Of a stretch of DNA of 64,000 nucleotides, positions 12,276-29,500 are shown one piece after another. The notes under the pieces were generated by a model that saw nothing but the letters and a program-made list of their open reading frames with translations, was not told the origin of the DNA and did no database searches. Origin of the DNA: Macrostomum lignano (lineage: Eukaryota); contig NIVC01000723.1 in NCBI GenBank assembly GCA_002269645.1, positions 248,001 through 312,000 of the forward strand, read 5' to 3'. Numbering within the stretch: the stretch's first letter is position 1; each line of letters begins with the position of its first letter. Made by a program: the position numbers and the translations under genes.

Positions 12276-14107
12276 GACTAAAAGTTAATTAAAATACCAT
12301 ACGATCAAAACGCAGAGTGCGAGAAGTTCATGTTCAACTGATTATCATTTAAAGTAGTGCGAAAGATTTGCGCGGACGTAGTAAAACAACACACTGGGAA
12401 AAACGGTGCGTGCTTTCAACTTTTCAATTGTTCAACCAAGTTATCGCGTGCAAAAAGTTTACAAAAAAAGTTTAATACTTCTTAAAAATAATTAGCGGTA
12501 GTAGAAACGCACTGAAATTATTAGGAACCTGCATATGTACTAACTTGAAGCTAAAGTATCTGAGGGTCGCTGTGAAGCATCTGTCCAGAGATCCACTATC
12601 CAGAGACCACTTAAGCAAGGACCACTATGTCGTACATGCTGTTGTGTCTTGAGGGAAGCATTGGTTCTTTTCTTATAACTTTTTTAAAGGCTGTGGCTTT
12701 ACGTAAAAATACACTTTCAATATATTATTTTCCATTATAAAGCAAAAAGACGTAACCATCAATACTTTGATTGTATGCAGATTGATCAAATATGACTTCT
12801 CGGTTTTAGTGTCAATCAACCGCTAATCTTTGCAAAAACATGCAAGTCCTGTATTAATTACCTTCCAATAAAACGATATCGCGGATTTAAGTGCGCATGA
12901 CTTGGTGCAAATGTACTGTCTGATTTCTTCGCCTGCATCATGCATGTATATGTACATGTCCATGCATCTACCGACTCGTGTATTTACGATCGTACTATTT
13001 GACAACGTTTGGGTGCACTACTCCGTTTTCTATCTTGTTTTGCAAATGCAAAACAACGCAAAAACGTCAGTATTTAAACACTACTGATATAGTTTAGGCA
13101 ATATATTACCAATGTCATTGGCCCCTGTTCGGTACTCTTCCGCTAGACTACTCCATCTTAACGAAAAAATGTCCATGCAATTTTATAAGTGTCCCTCGAA
13201 AACCGCATTATATTCGGAGTCGAGCTGCATGGGTACAGAGGATCATAGCTCTTAAAGAATGTTTAGAAATGAGCTTTGCACACAGACAAATCAAGACCAT
13301 AGACAACAAAATTTTCTCTATGGTAAACGTTTTCTGTAAATCCGTGCTGCGCTCATTGGCACAGTAATAAGTATGAACTCGCATGTACATTTACATATTT
13401 TCTGGCACTTTCACGTTCTCTTGGTCATATGCAGTGAGTGCTCAAACATGCATAATAAATAATTGAACTAATTTCAGCCCTCACTTTTTGAGAGCATGCG
13501 TACTAGTAAACATAAAAAGATAAAGGAACAGTATACAGAAAGAAATTAACAAACGTGATGTGATATGCAAGATATGATTTTGCATTTCCATGATATGCTC
13601 GTATAAGGATCCAAAAAATCTACATAGATTTGCTCAAGCTCAATTACTGCCATAACGCACTGCTGCCATGCCACTGTACAGTCATGCATTTGGTGTACTC
13701 TCCTATGCAAAATGGCCAGTGTACATTGTTCCCTGCATGCACTCTCTCTCTACCCTTGCAGCCTGTACGCCTGCTTTAATTTCAAGGTACTAAAACTGAT
13801 AGCATTTAAGCTGCAGTTATTAGAATTTATTCATTTATTTATTTATAAGGCTTATTAAACTGCGCCAGATTAACTTTATAATCTTCAAAACCTTGTTCTG
13901 CATATCGAACACATTTGCCAGCAAAGTATGTTCTTTGATGACGGTAAGTTACATTGGAAAACTGCTTTTAATGGACTCAGACTCAATTTGGGTTGTCTTA
14001 AGATTATAAAAAATTTGGCGTACCAGGTAACGAAATTTCTTGAGACTCGTCAAAGATTTCTCAAATCAAATGAGTCGCATCTTTTTTGTTGCGCTCTGAT
14101 CTAGTTA

Positions 14108-14735
14108 CAAGTTTCTTAGGGGAATTACTAGTTTCTCAAGGGAATTACGAGCTTCTCAATGGTATTACTAGCCTCTTAAGGGAATTACTAGTTTCCCAAG
14201 GGAATTGTTAGTTTCTTAAGGGAATTACTGGCCTCTCAAGGAAGTAACTGTTTTTTCAAGGGAACTACTAGCCTCTTAAAGGGAATTACTATAATAGTTT
14301 CTCAAGGGAATTACTAGCTCCTCAATGGAGTTACTAGTTTCTCAAGGGAATTACGAGCTTTTAAAAGGGACTTACTAGTTTTCCAAGGGAATTACTGGTT
14401 TCTGAAGGGAATCATTAGCTTCTCAGGGGAATTACGAGCTTCTAAGGGAATTACTAAAGGGAATTACTAGTTTCTCAAAGGACTTACTTAAGGGAATTAC
14501 TAGTTTCTCGAGGGATTTACTAGTTTCTCAAGGGATTTACTAGTTTCTTAAGGATTTACTCAAGGGAATTACTAGTTTCTTAAGGGAATTACTAGTTTCT
14601 CAAGGGAATTACTACAGCTTCTCAAAGGACTTACTAGTTTCTCAAGGGACTTAATCAAAGGAATTACTAGTTACTCAAGGGAATTACATGCTTCTGAAAG
14701 GAATTACGAGCTTCTCAAGGGAATTACTAGTTACT
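14108..14735. repeat. Minisatellite, ~20 bp unit AAGGGAATTACTAGTTTCTC
   Basis: Degenerate tandem copies upstream of the first identified ankyrin-kinase exon. Confidence 0.88.
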
Positions 14736-15064
14736 CATGGCTCTTGCAAATGAAAGTTTTCAGGCAGGCTTAGAACCATCTAATTCAGATTTCACCTGTG
14801 GCATATGGACCGGTGTGATGATAACCAGATGGTTAATAAAGTCCAGTTAATTGTGAGAAAAGTGGCAAGATCTGTAGCACAACGCAATCCATATACTAAA
14901 AATGGTCTGTCGGTAGGTAGGTATGTGTGTGATCGATTCTAGAAAAAATGGCTCAACTGATTTTCTTCAAACTTGGATTATGATTAGTTTTTTACGTTTT
15001 TTTCGGTTTACTAATAGTAGTAGCGAACATTTTGCCAAAATTGACGGACATCTCGTACCTGCAG

Positions 15065-18000
15065 AATCCAGCAGCGGTGCCAGCCTGTTTGCCCAGCTGC
15101 TGGCCGGCATGATGCAGCAGCAGCAGCGCCAGGAGCAGGGTCGCAACAATAAAATGTTGCTGTTCAAGGCCGCCATCGAGGGCAACGGGTCCATGTGCCA
15201 GCGGTTAGTCGCTTCCGGAGTTGACCCAGACGTACAACACGAGAAAGGCCTGAGGCCGCTGCACCTGGCCGCGCACCAGGGCCACGAGAAAACTGTGGCG
15301 GCGCTGCTCGACGCTGGCGCCAACGCGGACGTCACTGACGAAGACGGCGACACCCCGCTGATGGTGGCGATAATGCAGAAGGAGTGGCAGACAGCTCGAC
15401 TGTTGATTGAACGAAACGCCGAACTGCGATTGAAGAACAATAACGGCTACACGGCGGCGGATTTGGCGTTGGCCAAGGGCAACCTCGGCCTTGTCAAGAT
15501 GATGGAGCGCAAGAGGCCGGCGCTGCAGTTGAACGGCCGAATAAACGGCTCACAGCTGCTGCAGGTGACGAAATGATTTTATTGAACAATGCACTGTACT
15601 AAAATATAAGGACTCTAGGCTTGAAAACCGTGTACGGGGAGAGCATTGAACGCAAGGCACGGCCAACCGTATTCAACCAAAGCTGTGACGATTGTCTATG
15701 GCCAAAAGCGTGTATGGGGGCATTGAATTCAAGACACGGCCAACCATATTCAACCAAAGCTGTGACGATGGTCTATGGCCAAAACCGTGTATGGGGGCAT
15801 TGAATTCAAGACACGGCCAACCGTATTCAACCAAAGCTGTGACGATGGTCTATGGCCAAAACCGTGTATGGGGGCATTGAATTAAAGACACGGCCAACCA
15901 TATTCAACCAAAGCTGTGACGATGGTCTATGGCCAAAACCGTGTATGGGGGCATTGAATTAAAGACACGGCCAACCATATTCAACCCATGCTGTGAAGAT
16001 TGTCTATGGCCAAAACTGTGCATGGCGGGCATTGAATTCAAGACCTCGAGCAGTTGAATTCAGACTTTAAATTCAGAACCATTTGCAAAAATTGATAAAG
16101 ATAATTGACTGTTTTTCATGCACATATAGCGAACAAGTTAAAACTGCAACTGTAACTAAACTGTCAGCAGTCTCAAAGCAAAGAAAAAACCAGTACATTC
16201 CTTTTAGGCCAATGCATTTTAAAGCCACATTGGGCATTCAATTCAAGGTGTTACTTGAGACAAAACAGACATTCTACAGTTGAGACATCTCGTGCTTTTA
16301 GGATCCCTGGGCTGAAAAATTCTGACTTATTTATCTTTCATCATTTCTTTCAATTGTTTGATACTATTGACGGTCGCATTCGAAGAACAGTGCAAACTGA
16401 GTGCAGAATTTGGTGGTGCATTTACCAGGCCGCCCAGGACGGAAACGACGACCTCATCGGGTTCTGGTTGGACCAAAACCCAGACCGGTCGGCGTGCAAC
16501 GTTCAACTCAAAGACGGCCGAACCCTGGCGTTTGTGGCCGCCCTGAACGGTCACTTGGACATCATCGAGCGGCTTGAGCGATGCCGCGCCGACTACAACA
16601 TCGCCGACAGCGAGGGCAACATTCCGCTGTTCTGCGCCGCCCAGAATGGCCACGACAAGATTCTGAAAATCCTCATCAAACGAAGCCGGGTGAATCATCG
16701 CAACGAGAACAAGCGAACCGCTCTGTTCTCCGCCGTGCTAAACGGACGCGAGACGGCCATGAAGATGCTGCTGGACGCCGGAGCCGACACTGACGCGGCC
16801 GACTGTCAGGGCCTGACGCCGCTCGCTTGCTCCATTGTCAGCAACAATCCTGACCGGATTGTCCGTCTGTTGGCCAGTCGGACCAAAGACCTGAGCTTCG
16901 TGGACAAGAATGGCTACGGGTATGCTCATCTGGCCGTTATCTCCCAGCGCCTGCCTGTGCTCAAGACCCTGCGCAGTCACGGCATAATTCTCGACACGCC
17001 CAACACCGGCGACGGCGAGACGCCGCTGCTGGCAGCCTGCCAGGTTGGACCGCTGGAGACTGTTGAGTACCTGCTGAAAGAGGGCTGCAACTCCGGGCAT
17101 CAGAACAATCACGGCGTGAGTCCGGCTCTGCGGGCTGCCTACTGCAACCAGGAGGACATCCTGCGCCATCTGGTCAATCACGGAGCTCCGTTGGATCTGA
17201 AAAACCGCAAGGGCGAGACGGCGATTCTGTGCGCGGCGGAGAAAAACAGCTTCTCTATGGTGCAGCTGCTGCACAGGCGCGGCTGCAACCTCCGCGTGGC
17301 CGATCGCTCCGGCATGACGGTGGCTCACTACGCTGCCAAGCACGCCAACCACGAGCTGCTGGGCTACCTGGATCAAAACGGCGTCGCTCTGGACAAGCCG
17401 GACTCCGACGGCCAGACGCCGCTGATGATGGCCGCCGGCGCTGACGACATGAACTGCACAGTTGTGCGCCTGCTGGTCCGCGCCGGCGCCAACGTCGATG
17501 CGCGGAACAATAAAGGAAAGAATGCGGCTCAGATTGCCAACGGCCAGGGCAACCGGCACCTGGTGCACCTGCTGCAGTCGGGAGGCATCAGCGACCAGTA
17601 AGTTCTCGTATCAAATGCTAGCTCCTGCCAAGGACTACTCAAGTAGAAGGACGGGAAATTACATTTCTTAGAAAATGTTTAGGAGGCTGGTTTTCGCCGA
17701 AAAATACACTATGGAGGCAGACCCAATGTTCTAAACGAAAAGCTTTATGAATATCAATAGAGCTATAAGAAAAGCACAACGTATCAAGAGATAAACATCG
17801 GGTCTGCCTCTTATCGAAAGCAATAACAATTTTAATATAAAAAAGCGAAAAGTTACTATCTTCATAGTGTGTTTTTTTCAGTGAAAACCAGCCTCCTAAA
17901 CATTTTCTAAGAAACGTAGTTTCCCGTCCTTCTACTTGAGTAGTCCTTGGCTCGTACATGTAAAGTAGAGGCAACTTGAGTCGAGGGGCGCAAAATCATG

Positions 18001-19718
18001 AAAATTTCAATGCAATTTTAAGTTTTTTAATCAATAAAGCCACTATATCTGTCCATACGTACTTCCGAATTTACGCCTAATTCGAGGTTGAGTGGTAAAA
18101 TTACCTTGTTGAGAATGATTAACTCTCGTTGACGCTCCTTCCAACAACACACAGGCCGAAGAACCCGCCTCCGTCGTACCCGAAGCCTCCTAGGGAGTCG
18201 TCAACCCCGAGAGCTGAAATTGACGAAAACTTCGACACCTGGGACTTCTTCATCGAGGAGGGCGACAAGAAGAAGCCAATCGGCAGCGGCGGCTTCGGCA
18301 AAGTCTACAAAGCCTTCACCGATCGGCACCAGTTCGTAGCCGTGAAGGTCATCAAACCCATGGGCAATATGGACAGCGCGAAGCGGCGCCAGATCTTCCT
18401 GCAGGAGAAGCAGGCCATGGATTTGCTGCGCCATGTCCGCCACGAGAACATTGTTCGCTTCCTCAAAGCCGAGGAGAAGGATGGAAAGTTTTACATCTTT
18501 TCCGAGCTACTTTCTGGCTACACCATCCAGGAGATTATGTTTAAACAGAAGAAGCCAATTGACGAAAGCGGCATTAAGAGGTTCACTATTCAGGTTAGTA
18601 AATCAGTAGCAATTGCGCTCACAATAAGCTCAAATACCTTTCCGTTGTCTCTTTCTAGGCTCTAATTAAATGAGCGTAGAATCTTTACTGCGTCTCGGGA
18701 CTGATACCGAGATGTCTCGGGACTGATACCGAGATGTTTCGGGACTGATACGGAGATGTTTCGGGACTGATACCGAGATGTCTCGGGACTGATACCGAGA
18801 TGTCTCGGAACTGATACCGAGATGTCTCGGGACTGATACCGAGCTGTCTCGGGACTGATACCGAGAGGTCTCGGGACTGATACCGAGATGTCTCGGAACT
18901 GATACCGAGATGTCTCGGAACTGATACCGAAATATCTCGGGACTGATACCGAGCTGTCTCGGGACTGATACCGAGAGGTCTCGGGACTGATACCGAGATG
19001 TCTCGGAACTGATACCGAGATGTCTCGGAACTGATACCGAAATATCTCGGGACCGATACCGAGATGTCTCGTTGGTTCTATAGTCGACTGATATGACCAG
19101 TTATTGACTGATCTTACTGAGATTGAATAAGACAGAAACGTGGGACTTTCGATGATTCTAATACGCTGTGGAAATCTACTCAGAAGTTGCAAGTAAAGTT
19201 AACCTTCCTTTGACAGACAGGTGAATTATAACCATGCGTGTAAATTGCAGGTGTGCCAAGCCTTGAGCCACCTGCACAGCCTCCCGAAGCCGATCATTCA
19301 CCGTGACATCAAGTCGTCAAACATCATGCTGACGAACCCGGGCATCGTCAAGCTGATTGACTTCGGTTTCGCTCGCGAGATTAGCAACTCGCAGATGATG
19401 ATGACTCGGACCCAGTGCGGCACCCCGTTCTTCATGGCGCCGGAGATACTCGCTCCGATGAACGAAGGCGTCGCCTACACGTCCAAGACGGACGTCTGGG
19501 CTCTTGGCTGCACAGTCTACGAGATGGCCACAATGGAGCCGCCAAACTCGGAGATTCAGGCGCTATTTTTTCTGGGAATCGTCGTGTCCAGCAAGCCGAT
19601 GCCAAAGATTCCGGGGGCGTCCGCTGAACTGCAGGATTTCTACCAGCTGTGCGTGGAACGCGAGCCCAGCAACCGTCCAGAGGCGTCTCGGCTGCTGCAG
19701 CACAAGTTTTTGAAGTGA
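15065..19718 (+). CDS. Ankyrin-repeat protein with C-terminal STE/MAP3K-like Ser/Thr kinase (one spliced gene, 5' end uncertain)
   Basis: Exons 15065-15564 (CAG|GTGACG), 16429-17597 (CA|GTAAGT), 18155-18593 (CAG|GTTAGT) and 19251-19718 join in frame (phases 0, 2, 0). Many ankyrin motifs (RPLHLAAHQGH, TPLMVA, TPLLAAC, TVAHYAA). Kinase motifs intact: GSGGFGKVY, VAVK, HRDIKSSN, DFG, GTPFFMAPE, DVWALGC. First in-frame ATG after the acceptor is at 15109. Confidence 0.82.
15625..16045. repeat. Intronic minisatellite, 77 bp unit
   Basis: TGTATGGGGG recurs at 15711, 15788 and 15865 (77 bp period) inside intron 15565-16428. Confidence 0.9.
17628..17950. mobile_element. Foldback/MITE-like element with ~95 bp terminal inverted repeats
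   Basis: CCAAGGACTACTCAAGTAGAAGGACGGGAAA...AGAAAATGTTTAGGAGGCTGGTTTTC at 17628 is mirrored by GAAAACCAGCCTCCTAAACATTTTCT...TTTCCCGTCCTTCTACTTGAGTAGTCCTTGG ending at 17950. No clear TSD. Confidence 0.75.
18693..19070. repeat. Intronic minisatellite, 22 bp unit GGGACTGATACCGAGATGTCTC
   Basis: Tandem copies inside the kinase-domain intron 18594-19250. Confidence 0.92.
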
Positions 19719-21429
19719 AAAGCTTTCTTTGCTTGCTCGCTGGCTACGCCGAGGAGCTCTAAGCGGTTAAACGATAAACACGATCGTATGTTTATGATTA
19801 ACGTCTAAATTTTTATTATCCTTATCGTAAGCTTTCTTCTGTGTAAGTTTTTATGTACAATTACCTCATTGCATCATTTCGGCCTTGTGAACCATTTTTA
19901 TTACCAGTCAGTTTGAAGTTAACTCTTTAAGTTCAGTTAACTACTACGATCCAGCTTTCATTTGTGCTTAGGATTTCATTTCAATAGACTGCCAAGCGCA
20001 CTCTCTCCTTGATAAACTCCGATCCTGCCTGCAGGGTCTGTAACTAGCCTGCAAGTGAGTAACCCAACCCAACCATGCCATCTCTAATAATACCGGTATG
20101 GAATACATTTTTTATTCAAATCCTCGGTGAAAGTTACATTTCTCTACAAGTATAGCTATTCAAACTGATCATCCATTTTTTAGATATGAATTGTAATATT
20201 GTCATTTTCTCATCAGCTATTTACCCCCCAAGACTTGATAAATGGTTTCAAATTTGTCATTAGTTAATTCCAATTGTTTCCAAAGTAAATTAAGGACCTA
20301 AAAGACTCGCGAATCAAGACAAACAAAAACTACATGCAGGAACCGGTTTAAACGTTATGATTACTATTAATAAATGTTTGGCACCGTTTTAAAAAAATAA
20401 TTTCGACATTTTAATCCCCTTCAAATTTATTAGCAAAATACGCGACGCCGACTACTTAATGCTGAGTTGATTTATTGACTGTCAAAACTGATTGACCATA
20501 TTCCGATAGTATTGGGATATTAGAATGAAAATTTAGAACCTATTTACCAATTATAACTATTGATTCTGGCAGGTATGACAGCTCCGACTGACACAGTATG
20601 GACCCGTGCATAATGCGCGCAATTAGCAGTCTGATATACCAGAATTTTGGGAGTAGAGAGGAATTATGAGAGGAAAGAGCGAGGACGTCGATCCGTATAG
20701 CTGTTAGCTGCCTGCAGTGTACTTACTAACAGAGGGACAACCACCCAGCTAATTCACTTTTGGGTGCAAACGCGCAGGATAAGCGCCCACCAGGTGAGGG
20801 AGACAGAGATACGAGTAGGGAGAGGCGTCAGGCCTGGAAGCGGAAGCCGGGGTAATTTGGCCGGTGAATAAATTTGCTTCATTGGCTTTCGACATTGGCC
20901 AGAGGGGAGAGGGAGAATTTTCAGGAATTGGAAGATCGTTGCTTGGAGATTATCGATATTAGCTGCTGTTGCAGTGACAGAAGTTTGGGGGACGGTCTGG
21001 AAACGGCAGGGACTGGCTTAACCACTTATTCACAAAGGCCTGGCTGATTATAATTTTTGTGCACCAGTTGAGCTCAAAAAGCATTGACTGGGATAAAACC
21101 TGCCCCAGAGAGTCGGGGATTCCACTGTTAGGAGACGGACTACCTGGCACAACTCTTGAACCGGTCTGGAGGCAATTAGGGTTGTGATGACTGCCAGAGG
21201 AAAGGTGAGAGTTTTACCATTTTTAATCCTAAGCATAACGTTGAGAATTCAAATCTCCCATGACACTTTGATCTTGGAGCTCTACAAGTTCTCCGATCAA
21301 CAAGACGACATCGCTTTACAACAAGAATACTTTAATTTGATCCGAAATTTAGAGTAAAACTGTATTTTCCACTATTTATCAACTAGTAGTAGACCATACG
21401 AACTCAATTGTTAACTCTATAACTACGAC

Positions 21430-22105
21430 TCTGTAACTCCTATCGGTAACTCACCCGATACTCTCCATCGGTAGCTCATCTCGTGACCCCTGTATCCTCC
21501 ATCGGTGACTCACCCGAGACTCTACATCGGTAACTCACCCTGAGACCCTAGCCTAGATCATCCATCAGTAACTCACCCCGAGACTCTCCATCGGTGACTC
21601 ACCCGAGACTCTTCATCGGTGACTCATCCGAGACTCTTCATCGGTAACTCACTCGAGACCTTCCATCGTTAACTCACCCTGAGACTCTCCATCGGTGACT
21701 CACCCCGAGACTCTCCATCGGTGACTCACCCGAGAATCTCCATCGGTAACTTACTCAAGACCCTGTAACCTCCATCGGTATCTTACTCGAGACCCTGTAA
21801 CCTCCATCGGTATCTTACTCGAGACCCTGTAACCTCCATCGGTATCTTACTCGAGATCCTGTAACTTCCATCGGTATCTTACTCGAGACCCTGTAACCTC
21901 CATCGGTATCTTACTCGAGACCCTGTAACCTCCATCGGTAACTTACTCGAGACCCTGTAACCTCCATCGGTATCTTACTCGAGACCCTGTAACCTCCATC
22001 GATAACTCACCCGAGACTCTCCATCAGTAACTCACCCCCAAGACTATGTAACCTGCATCGGTAACTCACCTCGAGGCCCTGTAACCTCCATTGGTAACTC
22101 ACCCC
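21430..22105. repeat. Minisatellite with ~23 bp and 32 bp unit variants (core CTCCATCGGTAACTCAC)
   Basis: Tandem copies immediately upstream of the acceptor at 22158, probably intronic. Confidence 0.85.
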
Positions 22106-22158
22106 AAATTTTGGGATATTTAAATTTAACTCAGTTTATTCCCAACTCCCTTTCAAAG

Positions 22159-25345
<3,187 letters not shown>

Positions 25346-26520
25346 GAATAGTAGTAGTACAAGTAGTAGAAGAAGTGTTTTTATCTACAATATATCAATT
25401 TCTCATCGCTCCCGATACTTGCAGAGGACAGAATCGTGCAGTATAGAACTTGCATACTTTTTTACGGACCATGCAGCTTTTACTACTATGTACTTCGCTG
25501 CATGGTTACAGCTTGCAATTAAAAAATGTTAACATTGCAGTACGAGACTGCAGAGAATATTCTCTGCGAGACTGTTGATACTATGAGGAACTTTCTCTCT
25601 TAACTACATTGCGGAGAAACTACTGTACAAGCTACAGAATGCAAAGTTTTACGCCCCAGATGCCATAGAATATAGTATTCAGTGTTCTATACCATATGCC
25701 AAAAACAAAAATGTACTTATTTCTTTCACCAGCATTTTTATACTCCTATATTCGTTTACTTTCCTATTGAATTCGATAGAGGCGCTCCTCAGGCCATGGT
25801 AATGTCCGCTGCATATTTATGTACTTTTTGGTTCTTAAATCTGCACTTGTAAATACTTTATTTCGCCAAAAATAAAACGACTCGTCGCTGATTATCAGTT
25901 GGATTCGCTGACAGCGCAACAGTTTGCTTAGCCTTATAGGTGTATCAGGCCGGCACAACGATACCTGTACGGGTTGGATGGTAGCTTTTTTCATCACCGA
26001 TCAGTGAAGGTGGCTCGCACCTCCCAGATCTAGGCTCGTGTCTCAAAAGAAGTCCGATATAGGAAGTCTGGTGCCACAAAACCTTCGTGTCACGCAGATC
26101 GCCATGTTGGCGGCAACCATACAGCTGCTCTGGCACGTTGTACGCACGGAGAACCACTGGGGAGAACTCCTATCCACGCAGCTGGCCATGTAGCTCTTAT
26201 CCACGCATCTTCGGCTCGGCAAAGAGCCATACAGGCCCTATACGCCTCTGCAGTGTCGTTTATGCATTGGGCCACAACCATTTCAGAATGCTCTCTATAA
26301 AATAATTATTTCAGCTACAGCCCAGCGTGACAAATATGCTTTTCTATAGCACTATGCAGTACAATATAGATTTGTACACGTCCGCTGGATGCCATGGTCA
26401 GATGTTATGAATACCTCGTAGTAGAGCGCGGCCGATGTACTGGGAGGTCACGACGGCGAAAAGCTCACATCGGTGATGGCATGGTTGAAACGGCATCCAG
26501 CAGGAAATACCGATATGTAC

Positions 26521-29500
26521 CCCAGTAAAAAAGGGTAGTCGGAATCCGATCGGAATGTCCGGTCGGAATTTGTCAGCAAAGTGGCTCGTGCAATCCGGTC
26601 GTTTTCTAGTCGGAGTTTTCCGATCGGAATGTGACGCTAATATCCGACTAAATTACGATTAGGTTGTATTTTTCAGAATTTGCTTTTGCATCGGCTAGCT
26701 TGCGTAAAAAATAAACAAATCGGTTTTCAAAGTGCTTAGCAAAATAATACATTATTTAAAATATTATTCTGCTTGAAGAGTGAAGCACAATAATGATTGG
26801 CTATTTAATTTACTCAATGCATTGTATATTATGCAATTATAAAGATTACAGTAAGCAATTTCTGCACAACACGTCAAGAGAGTAATTGTATTACACGTGG
26901 ATGCAAGGAAACATCAAGAAAGAGCATAATAATAATGCAATATATGCAGAAAATGAGTGCCGAAAACAAATAATAAAATACAGAAAACAAATGCAGAATA
27001 ATACAATAATATGATTGATGAACAACACATGAATGCAAAAAGCTAGCTAGCTAGATAAATGTTGTGAACCAAACGGCTGCATTATCAGTCAGCGAACTTA
27101 CAGCCAGAGTCAGCACATGGTTTGTCATCACAGGTGGCGGCAGAGGCGCTTCATTGTCGCAATTGCTTCCCCCACTGACACTCCACAAATGTTGGTCTGG
27201 AGCTCTTGCACTTTCAGACGCCATCGCAGAAGCTCTAAATGGCCTTTGATGCAATCCAGAGAACTCGGAGGATATGGTCCTGCATTGAATAATTTAGAGA
27301 GTTAATGGCATGATCAGCAGACCAGTTGGGCACCTTCACTGTCATTAGAAAGATTTGGAAATAAAAAATAAGGAGAATAGTTGTCTTCAGGCAAGGCAAG
27401 AAAAAACTTGACATTTGCAATCTTTAAAACTGGTATAAAAGCAATTGGAATATATACTATAAGAATAAAAACACAAAGAACACATACCCTTGAAGATCTC
27501 GCCAAAGTATGCTTGTACATATTCAAAGACATTTGATCTTTGATCCTTGTTAGCTAGGCCTAGTCAGCTCTTCCAGGATCCTTTTCCCCAGTCTTGAACT
27601 GAACCTAGAGATCCCATCCATTATGTAGCAAACAGACTGTGGCACCTTTGCACTAATGCACCACATCTAGACCAGCAGTGTCTGAAATAGAAGCAGAAGC
27701 CATTGATAAGATAATAATACAAGCTGTAGCATGCTTAGTAAAGCTAGAACTAGGGGCCTAGTCTTAGTCTAAAAGTGCTCTATGATAACTAAGAGAAATA
27801 ATATAAACAATAAAAAATTAATACTAGCATAATCAAAATGTACAATCATATTTACTATTATAAATAATGTATTCTAAGGATATAATGTCCTGAGTATTTT
27901 TTATCTTATTGACCTGTTGTCTATTTGAACTTTCATTTGACATTGAGATATATAGTACTTTATTTATCTAAATATACTAAATCTTAATATTTCTAAAGGC
28001 AAAATTAAAAGACCAAATTATTCTAAGTCTTAGCTAGGGTCCGGATTGTGTAATAGTGTATGCTAGAACAAGAATCTTATCTTAGCTAAATGTATGCCAG
28101 TGTATGCCAAAAACAAAAAAATCATTAAAATGTAAACTAAAAAAGCCTCCTAAAAAGGTCATTTGGTTTTCACAAGTTGAGTTTCCTAAGAAAGGTTTTT
28201 GTATGAAAAGTATTCTTTAAAATATTATACATATTTTCATTTTAGACAAACTTGATTGTACCTATAAAAATAATGATGCAACATTTACATTTTAATAATA
28301 ATTTTACTACTCTAAATCATTTTTAATTATAAAGAAGTAGAAAGTTTATTATTAATTTCTTGAGTATACAAATATTTCTTTATTTTACATAAAAACATTA
28401 ATTTACATTGAAATTTTCATGCTCAACATAAATTTATTCACCAAAAGTTGTAGGCCAAAAATGGATGTGAATTTGTATACCAAAATTTGTATGCCAAAAA
28501 ATGTATAAATTATACACCAAAATTTGTATGCCAACTTTAAAATGAGTCAGTTGACATTTGCATATCCAAATTTTCTGACATACATGTAACATTCCAGGGT
28601 CTAGAGTCTTAGTTTAATTAGAGTTCTAGAGTTCTAAGCATAGAAATGTTTTATAAGCAAGTGTAAATAGCTATTGACATGTGGCCTATATTATTTACTT
28701 ACTAGGCCTAGTCTATAAATAATAAGTTAATAATTCTTCATTATAATTGTAGCCGCGTATTCTTGAGTTTTAACTGCCGGGACTTCTTTAGTCAGAGAAA
28801 AACTTGATTTATTTGCGTTCCAGCTTGCTTGATTAAATAGACTGACCGCGATGGGGGAGGGCAGGGTGAAAAACGCAGCTTAGAAAATCCTAACCAATCG
28901 GATTTCGCCGATAGGGTAGGCACTAAGCACTCTATTGGTTGGGGCTCGTTATTCACGCGTTTTCAGCCAATCAGAAACAAAAAGAAATTTCTAGAAAAGG
29001 CTATACGCAGGGGTGGGGTGACGCAGAAAGAAATACGGAGAAAACACTAGAAGTGCACGCGCACGCAAATTGAGCACTATTACATAATACTAAAAAGAAA
29101 GTCTTATCTAAAAGCAAATTATAATATACAATTGTAAACTATAGACATTATTCAATTACTTTGCTTAAATGCCTTAGCCTAAACAAATGTCTATTGATTG
29201 TTAGGTATATTGAGTAAACCTAATAAGACACACTAAATGTCTAAAGTAAGTTTAACTAGGGCCTGGCCAAGGCCTTATATTTTTAGATTCAATGACTAAA
29301 AGCCTAAAACTAGGTAGTATTAATTTCATATATAAGAAAAACAAGGTATAAGTTGTAGTTGTAGTTAAATGAAAATACTGCTTTAAAGACAATCTTGAGA
29401 AAAATGTGTAGCAAAATAGGCTAGGCCTAGACCCTAGTAAAGTAGGAATTGCAATAGGAGTAGGCCTAGGAGTATTGCAATTAGCAATAATTAATAAGAT

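Noticed and set aside
14967-17568. Antisense ORFs over GC-rich exons (e.g. 14967-15440, 16738-17568; also 3549-4064, 10214-10759, 35813-36205)
   Set aside because: Shadow ORFs expected from high-GC codon usage on the opposite strand.
14923-17601. Two stand-alone ankyrin genes plus two separate kinase ORFs
   Set aside because: Canonical, phase-matched splice sites join them into one gene, and the ORF-track N-termini are intronic.
20700-21360. Possible first exons of the annexin-like gene
   Set aside because: Several candidate donors (20571, 21206, 21355) exist, but none could be phase-linked with confidence.
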